A stretch of DNA of 11,334 nt, taken from IMG/VR virus record IMGVR_UViG_2551306674_000009. One strand, written 5' to 3'. The position numbers and the translations under genes are program-made. This document shows, one piece after another, positions 6,166-11,334 of the stretch. Source of the DNA: a virus (Duplodnaviria; Heunggongvirae; Uroviricota; Caudoviricetes). How positions within the stretch are numbered: position 1 is the stretch's first letter; every line of letters starts with the position of its first letter. Under the pieces are notes generated by a model. The model made no database searches. It saw nothing but the letters and a program-made list of their open reading frames with translations, and was not told the DNA's origin.

Positions 6166-7562
6166 AGCGGCGCTACATCATCCCCATCGATACGAATAAC
6201 CCCATCTTTTTCCAGCTTGTACAGCCAGCGCCGGAAGTTTTTCATTTCATACCCCAGCTTTTTCATGTCATCACGTAACAGCGGGATCGTGCACTTGTCG
6301 CCGTTCTGTGTGCGTGAACGGATGCACCCCCATAGCGCGGTATGGTTTTCCGTCTTGTTCCCTGCCTCCTCGATGCGCTCCAGTTCAACAGGAGGGCGCG
6401 GATCATCCACCACCACCAGCGACGTGATTAATTCACCGTCAGCGTCGGTAAAAAGCTCCACCACGCGTAAGTCATATGCGGCTTCTTTGAGTTCCTCCGC
6501 GTCCTTCATTTTGGTGCATGAGATAACCAGCGCTTCGCTTCCTGCGTCCTCCCTGCGTATCCGGTATTCAGCATCCAGCGAAGCACGAAATGCACTGGAA
6601 CCGCGCGCGCCTTTCGTCTCATCCTTGCCGGAATGGTGAACCACCAGCACCGTGGCCCCTGTGCGTCGTTTCAGTTCGTCACAACCACGGATAAACGCCC
6701 CCATATCACGGGAATCATTTTCATCATTCCCACCAAAGCAACGCGCCAGCGTATCCAGAATAATCATGCGTACAGGTTTACCCGTTTCCCGCTCCACCTG
6801 ACGGGCAGCGATAACCATTTCATCAACATCAAGCGGGGCAGCCGGAAAGATGGGGCGGTTTACCAGATACAGATTTTTCACCTGCTCATCGTGCACAACC
6901 TCCCAGGCTTTTACACGACGCGGAACACCTATACCGCCTTCACCAACCACATAGAGAACCGCACCATGTGCAACCCTGCGGCCTCCCCACTGGCGACCAG
7001 TGGCAACATGGCACGCCCACGATCCGGCAAGGAATGATTTATAGGACCCGCTAGCCCCGTATATGCTGCATAGCGATACCGCCGGAATAATCCCCTTAAC
7101 CACGTAATCCAGTTGCGTGTCGTATCCGGTAGATCCAACGCTCATCGGTAGCGTGGTTTTTCGCTGGTGGTTTTTTTCTTCCGCCGGCTCTTTCCCGCGC
7201 ACCCGTTCCAGGTATTCGCGCCAGTTCTCCCGCATATGGCTGTGCATCCCTTCGGGGTAATAATTCGCATCAGTTACACCCGCCGCCGCCAGCTTGTGCG
7301 CAATGGCATTAATATTTGATGGCCTGATGTGGCCTGCCTTGTACAGCCGGACACAATAGCGCCCCTCGTCGATGATTCTCAGGTCTGCCAGTTCATCCAG
7401 TTGATCATCAGCCAGCACAACGGGAGGCACATTATCGCCAGCCAGTCGCCCGTCCTGTTCCTGCCACTGTTTCGCATGTGCCCAGGCATCACTACCCGCA
7501 AAAATAATGACTTCGGTCATCTTGTCGTAAGGCTGTTTTTTTAAGTTCGGTGCGCTTTTCAT
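6162..7562 (-). CDS. Replication initiator/helicase, RepA-like (AAA_25-type RecA-fold ATPase)
   Basis: 466 aa; Walker A GASGSYKS, Walker B-like MIILDTLARCF, VLVVHHSGKD; C-terminal winged-helix-like region; ATGA overlap with the upstream ORF. Confidence 0.8.
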   Translation of the reverse strand: MKSAPNLKKQPYDKMTEVIIFAGSDAWAHAKQWQEQDGRLAGDNVPPVVLADDQLDELADLRIIDEGRYCVRLYKAGHIRPSNINAIAHKLAAAGVTDANYYPEGMHSHMRENWREYLERVRGKEPAEEKNHQRKTTLPMSVGSTGYDTQLDYVVKGIIPAVSLCSIYGASGSYKSFLAGSWACHVATGRQWGGRRVAHGAVLYVVGEGGIGVPRRVKAWEVVHDEQVKNLYLVNRPIFPAAPLDVDEMVIAARQVERETGKPVRMIILDTLARCFGGNDENDSRDMGAFIRGCDELKRRTGATVLVVHHSGKDETKGARGSSAFRASLDAEYRIRREDAGSEALVISCTKMKDAEELKEAAYDLRVVELFTDADGELITSLVVVDDPRPPVELERIEEAGNKTENHTALWGCIRSRTQNGDKCTIPLLRDDMKKLGYEMKNFRRWLYKLEKDGVIRIDGDDVAPL

Positions 7563-7858
7563 TTCTTGCCCCTGAATCCGTTAATCATGGTTTTCAGCTT
7601 CTGGATGTTTGCCCGTGCCCTGGCGTTGCTGGTGGGCACGTTATGCGGCGCGGTCTGTACCAGAGAAAAATCACGCCGGAACTGATAAACAGGCATCACG
7701 CAATCATATTCGTAACCTTCACGGCGGTAAGTTACGCACCGTCCCGCCACGCCCTTAATCATTACCGTGCCGCCGTACTGGTCGCGGTAAATATCACCGC
7801 GCGTAAATTTAGGGTTAGTGTTGCCACTGGCAGTTAAGCCAGAATATTTAAGTTTCAT
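7559..7858 (-). CDS. Hypothetical protein (99 aa)
   Basis: ORF with GGAGA SD, translationally coupled to rep. Confidence 0.5.
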   Translation of the reverse strand: MKLKYSGLTASGNTNPKFTRGDIYRDQYGGTVMIKGVAGRCVTYRREGYEYDCVMPVYQFRRDFSLVQTAPHNVPTSNARARANIQKLKTMINGFRGKK

Positions 7859-7863
7859 TATTT

Positions 7864-8097
7864 TTATTCTCCGGTGTGCTGTTCGTTATATCTGTCGTGC
7901 AATAAGTCTATTTCTTGCAGTTCCATTATTACAGGCTCAAGAAGCGTTATTAATGCCGTGGCAATTCTTGATTTTTGTTTGTCGCGTTCATTGTCGCCAA
8001 GTGTTTCAAGCCATATGCGTAATATTTCCATCATGCTTTCACTGTGAGAAAGTGCAAGAAATGCGCGGTCTATTGTTTCGAGGTAAATATCACGCAT
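7864..8097 (-). CDS. Hypothetical protein (77 aa)
   Basis: ATG start with GAGGA SD; operon context. Confidence 0.5.
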   Translation of the reverse strand: MRDIYLETIDRAFLALSHSESMMEILRIWLETLGDNERDKQKSRIATALITLLEPVIMELQEIDLLHDRYNEQHTGE

Positions 8098-8335
8098 GGC
8101 TTACATCCTCAGGAAATTTTCTTCTGTAACGCGCCTCTGCCACATATTCCGCATAATCGGCGGCGATATTCAGTACATCAAGCCCCGTTGATTTATATTC
8201 TCTCGTGGAAAGTAAGAAAAAAGCCGCTCTAATAAGTTCTGGCATTGACGAAAGCGCATCAGCCGCATCATCAGGAACGCCGGAAAATTCCTGTTTCAGG
8301 GAATTAAAACGATCATCACGCATAACCCCCCCCAT
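8090..8335 (-). CDS. Hypothetical protein (~81 aa)
   Basis: First ATG at 8335; a G8 tract lies at the junction with the upstream gene; overlaps the next start by 8 nt. Confidence 0.45.
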   Translation of the reverse strand: MGGVMRDDRFNSLKQEFSGVPDDAADALSSMPELIRAAFFLLSTREYKSTGLDVLNIAADYAEYVAEARYRRKFPEDVSHA

Positions 8336-8555
8336 TTTCACAATCAGCAATCAGGATAGCTTTGGCCTCATTCAGAGCCATATCAGCACTAAGTTGCATA
8401 ACCGCCAGCGAATGAGGAACGAAAGCCCCGGCATATTCTGTTTCACTGGTGGCGTGCTTATGCGCCCTGTCAGCAATAACAGAAATATCAATAAGCGCGT
8501 GCATCAGCGTAGTGAGCGCGGCGGCGGTTGCGTCCGGTGTGGTTTTATTGTGCAT
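8316..8555 (-). CDS. Hypothetical protein (~79 aa)
   Basis: ATG at 8555 with AGGGGGA SD (ORF-track start at 8597 is GTG). Confidence 0.45.
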   Translation of the reverse strand: MHNKTTPDATAAALTTLMHALIDISVIADRAHKHATSETEYAGAFVPHSLAVMQLSADMALNEAKAILIADCENGGGYA

Positions 8556-8745
8556 AGGTTTCCCCCTGGCGAATACGGGCGGCGAATACAGCAACACAAC
8601 CTGACGGGCAACGGTTACGCGCTTCGCGTTCCGTCCAGGCGGTTACGTGGATGATTTGAGATTCTCCGGCACTCAGTGCCAGAAAACGCCACACAAAGGC
8701 CGTTTGTGTGTGTACAAGGTGTGGGGTATGATTTACGGCAACCAT
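8545..8745 (-). CDS. Hypothetical protein (66 aa), first gene of the replication operon
   Basis: ATG with GAGGAG SD at optimal spacing; preceded by a structured leader and the divergent promoter region. Confidence 0.55.
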   Translation of the reverse strand: MVAVNHTPHLVHTQTAFVWRFLALSAGESQIIHVTAWTEREARNRCPSGCVAVFAARIRQGETYAQ

Positions 8746-8819
8746 AACGGCTCCTCGTTTACGTTGTTGGTTAGAAGCCCGTTGGTGTTCATAGCGCCAG
8801 CGGGCTTTGCTTTTGTGGT

Positions 8820-8880
8820 GTCATTGGTATACATTGTCACCGTAAGGCCATTATTATACTCGAGGTATACAATGTCAACC
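8820..8880. promoter_or_regulatory. Divergent promoter/operator region between the RHH gene and the replication operon
   Basis: Two direct copies of GGTATACAWTGTCA(A)CC (8826-8840, 8864-8879), each overlapping a -35-like hexamer; plus strand TTGTCA-N15-TATACT, minus strand TTGACA-N14-TATAAT. Confidence 0.5.
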
Positions 8881-9048
8881 AATGACAACAAAAAGGAAAG
8901 GTTTTCCGTACAGCTTCGTCTTGATGCTGACTTATTCGAACGCTTAAGCATCGCCATGAAAGAAGATGGCGATGATAACCGCTCAGGATGGATAAAAAGG
9001 CTTTTGCGCCGTGAGTTGGATAAACGCGGCATAGAATCAAAAGAATAA
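8872..9048 (+). CDS. Ribbon-helix-helix (Arc/MetJ/CopG-like) DNA-binding protein, candidate repressor
   Basis: 58 aa: KERFSVQLRLDADLFERLSIAMKEDGDDNRSGWIKRLLRREL fits the beta-alphaA-alphaB RHH pattern; GAGGT SD; divergent from the replication operon. Confidence 0.7.
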   Translation: MSTNDNKKERFSVQLRLDADLFERLSIAMKEDGDDNRSGWIKRLLRRELDKRGIESKE

Positions 9049-9105
9049 TTACTATCAGCGCCGTGGCGTGAGGTACTACGGCGCATTGCTTTACAGGGCA
9101 GTATC

Positions 9106-9333
9106 ATGACCAACAACACACTATTACCAATACAAGACACGCAAACCCAAGATGATGAAATCATCCGGCAAAGGCAGTCAGAAGCCTGCGCCAGAGTTGA
9201 GGAAGAACTAACCAGAACAAAAATACCACCACCAGCGCCGCGCTTAATGCCACCAGAAAAATTTGCCCTTGAAGATTTTGTCGAGAAATACCCACGGCGG
9301 TTAAAAGCCACTAAAAACCGACCGCCTGGCTGA
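9106..9333 (+). CDS. Hypothetical protein (75 aa), possible second gene after the RHH gene
   Basis: ORF only; weak SD; no recognisable family. Confidence 0.25.
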   Translation: MTNNTLLPIQDTQTQDDEIIRQRQSEACARVEEELTRTKIPPPAPRLMPPEKFALEDFVEKYPRRLKATKNRPPG

Positions 9334-9430
9334 TAGCCTTGTCCACCAGCTACGGCGGTGCTAAGATTGAAAGCTGCATAAGTCATGAAAATAAACTCCT
9401 TAGCGGTGCATACGCGCCGCTTCTTTTCTT

Positions 9431-9460
9431 CACGAACAACCGCGAACAAGTACAAACAAA
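9431..9460 (+). repeat. Three tandem 10-bp units (tcacgaacaa / ccgcgaacaa / gtacaaacaa)
   Basis: Same NNACGAACAA motif and 10-bp phasing as 201-240; lies just 3' of alpA. Confidence 0.55.
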
Positions 9461-9491
9461 AACACGGACGGAATTTAAAGAATGAATATTC

Positions 9492-9686
9492 TTAATTGAC
9501 GCGTTCGCGGTTTTTGACCCAGGCGACAACCTCAGACTTAACCCAGCCAACCGAACGACCGCCAAGACTGATACGGGAGGGAAAGCGGCCTTGTTTTTCC
9601 ATCTCGTAACGAGTTGTGCGGCAAACGCCTGTTAGCTCTCTGCATTCTTTTTCGCGGATTACACGATCTTCATTTATTTCGCGCAT
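9492..9686 (-). CDS. alpA: AlpA-family phage transcriptional regulator / excisionase-like protein
   Basis: 64 aa with AlpA-type motif (CRTTRYEMEKQGRFPSRISLGGRSVGWVKSEVVAWV); adjacent to and co-oriented with the integrase. Confidence 0.75.
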   Translation of the reverse strand: MREINEDRVIREKECRELTGVCRTTRYEMEKQGRFPSRISLGGRSVGWVKSEVVAWVKNRERVN

Positions 9687-10020
9687 AAAAAGCCCTACAT
9701 AAAATTACGTATAGAAATTTTTGTTTCGCTGTGGATATACGGAAAGAGATTACTTCTTAGCTTTTCTTACCTCTTAAATTGAAGGCGTAACCTTGCCAAA
9801 AGCTATGCTCGCCAAGGTTCGCAAGGGTTCGTTGTTGTTCATAAAATCGTTGCACACCAGGAAAGACAATTCAACATTAAAATTCCCTCTACAGTGAGGA
9901 ATAATTAAAAAAACAAATTAAAACAGTCACATAAAAGCATACACATTGAAATAAAGGAAAATTTTAAAACTCAAGTAGACAATCGCTGTTTTCAAATTTT
10001 TTCAATACTTGACACATATA

Positions 10021-10054
10021 AATCGTCGATATTTGCCGATATTCGACGATTTAT
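10021..10054. promoter_or_regulatory. Inverted repeat AAATCGTCGATAT-N6-ATATTCGACGATTT next to a TTGACA hexamer
   Basis: Near-perfect 13-bp arms in the int-alpA intergenic region; candidate operator. Confidence 0.3.
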
Positions 10055-10095
10055 TTTAGAGGGCCATTTTTCGCAAGAAAAACAGCCGTAATTTG

Positions 10096-11334
10096 TCAAG
10101 AATTTTGAGAGTAAATTCGCGGGGTCATAACAACGATTTTTTCATCATTGTTCTGGAGAAGCTCGAGACGCTCAACCCATAGATTAAGAGCGTCACGTTT
10201 TGCATCGAGATAACGGGAGTGATTATAGACTCGTTGCATTCCTGGCAACTGGTGCGCGGTTAGCTGCTCCACTACATGAGGATCCACGCCTAAATCGTTC
10301 AGCATCGTTGTAAACGTGTGCCGGATGTCGTGCAACGTCCAGGGGGCTTGATTAATACGTCTGTGTGCCGTTCTTCCGTACTCTGATACGGATGATTGCC
10401 CTTTCAGTTCTCCGAGCAATAATCCCGTGTGCCTGTTCTGCTCCACCAGCTTCGTTACGAACGGCAAGATCGCTTCCGGTATTGGCCTGAATATTGCTAC
10501 CTTCGTTTTGCTGTGTTCTTTCGGCACGGTCCAGAGCATTTCTTTAAAATCCCATTCCTGGAGCTCAGAGCGTCTTAGCTCAGTGGTACGACATCCGAAG
10601 ACAATCAGGAGGCGAATCAGGGCGCTGTAGTACGGTGGGTAAATTTTTTCATCCAGGGCGCGGAGTAATTCCCCAAGCTCCTTGTTTGTTAGTACGCGCT
10701 CGCTTATTTCTGCTTTTTTCCCAACATCACCTACAACCATATCATCTAGAACGTTGGTAATTGCGTAGCGTCGTTTGCGGCAGTACTTAAGCGCCTGCTT
10801 GCATACCTGTAACAAAAATCCTGCTGATACCGGATTACGCTTAGCAAGCTGATCAAAACAGGTCAGCCAGTGGCGTAGCTCGCATTTTTCCAGCGGCATA
10901 GCACCAATCTGGCTGATTATGTGTGTATTGATCCGGCTCTTCAGAGATTCGTAGTCTGTGCGCTTTTCCTTCGCGTACGATTCAAGCCAGTAAGTGAGCG
11001 CTTCCTTAACCGTAACAGGTGATAACGCTTCCTGTACGGTGTGATTAAGCTCATGGCGTGGATTTTTCCCCTCAGCAAGCCAGGCGCGACACTGCGCCGC
11101 TTTTTCCCTGGCTGCTTTCAGGCTCAAATCAGGATAATTTCCCAGCCTCAGACGTTCAGGGGATACCTTCCTGCCTGTTCCGGCCCTGTAAGTGAAATAC
11201 CAGGTTAACAGGCCATTGGTTGAATGCCTTACGCTAAGGTTGCCACCATCATTAAAAAAGGTGTTTTTTGTGGTTGGTGATCCGCTTAATTTTCGTAAAA
11301 GAGTGTCGCTAAGTCTATGAATTGCCCTGCTCAT
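10096..11334 (-). CDS. int: Tyrosine integrase, P4-type
   Basis: 412 aa; N-terminal arm-binding-like region, C-terminal catalytic residues (HDIRHTF ... VYNHSRY). Start codon is at the last bases of the window, so the true 5' end could lie beyond the edge. Confidence 0.85.
   Translation of the reverse strand: MSRAIHRLSDTLLRKLSGSPTTKNTFFNDGGNLSVRHSTNGLLTWYFTYRAGTGRKVSPERLRLGNYPDLSLKAAREKAAQCRAWLAEGKNPRHELNHTVQEALSPVTVKEALTYWLESYAKEKRTDYESLKSRINTHIISQIGAMPLEKCELRHWLTCFDQLAKRNPVSAGFLLQVCKQALKYCRKRRYAITNVLDDMVVGDVGKKAEISERVLTNKELGELLRALDEKIYPPYYSALIRLLIVFGCRTTELRRSELQEWDFKEMLWTVPKEHSKTKVAIFRPIPEAILPFVTKLVEQNRHTGLLLGELKGQSSVSEYGRTAHRRINQAPWTLHDIRHTFTTMLNDLGVDPHVVEQLTAHQLPGMQRVYNHSRYLDAKRDALNLWVERLELLQNNDEKIVVMTPRIYSQNS

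Larger units (their letters stand above)
1..11334. mobile_element. Phage-satellite / PICI-like chromosomal island, partial (att ends not in window)
   Basis: Co-linear minus-strand modules: P4-type integrase, AlpA, RepA-like helicase with adjacent iterons, lambda E/D-like capsid genes, Nu1-like terS and lambda-type cos. No terL, portal or protease present. Confidence 0.7.

Noticed and set aside
5953-6639. 228-aa plus-strand ORF
   Set aside because: Antisense to the well-supported rep gene and to the iterons; Ser-rich, low-complexity translation with no start context.
8733-9455. 240-aa minus-strand ORF (internal ATG at 9386 with a GGAG SD)
   Set aside because: Runs antisense through the convincing RHH gene; translation is low-complexity; likely an open antisense frame.
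9383-9565. 60-aa minus-strand ORF
   Set aside because: Overlaps the 3' end of alpA in another frame and covers the CGAACAA repeat array.
1-11334. tRNA gene or att core sequence
   Set aside because: No cloverleaf-compatible segment recognised; the integrase-proximal junction lies beyond the right edge, so att cannot be defined from this window.

Overview
The window looks like most of a phage-satellite / phage-inducible chromosomal island (PICI-like) of an enterobacterium, with almost every gene on the minus strand. Reading right to left: a P4-type tyrosine integrase (10096-11334) and an AlpA-family regulator (9492-9686); a divergent promoter switch with a small ribbon-helix-helix (RHH) protein on the plus strand (8872-9048); an operon of five small ORFs ending in a RepA-like helicase/initiator (6162-7562) followed by an iteron origin (5970-6165); a small ORF, a frameshifted SSB-like remnant and a PerC-like regulator; a stand-alone 74-aa gene between terminators; then a lambda-like head module (68-aa ORF, gpE-like major capsid, gpD-like decoration protein, 137-aa ORF) with an SOS-box-like operator in its promoter; then a lambda Nu1-like small terminase gene flanked by two inverted copies of the lambda cosN 12-mer GGGCGGCGACCT, one of which has a full cosB with three R-like elements whose core is changed relative to lambda. 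The leftmost ~1.2 kb is non-coding and densely structured (10-bp-phased CGAACAA repeats, GTTAAC palindromes, ~125-bp tandem units with compensatory hairpin substitutions). No large terminase, portal or protease gene is in the window, so the element appears to supply its own capsid shell, decoration protein, TerS and cos while depending on a lambda-like helper for the rest. All homology calls are from reading the translations against remembered lambda/SSB/PerC/AlpA sequences; none was verified by search.
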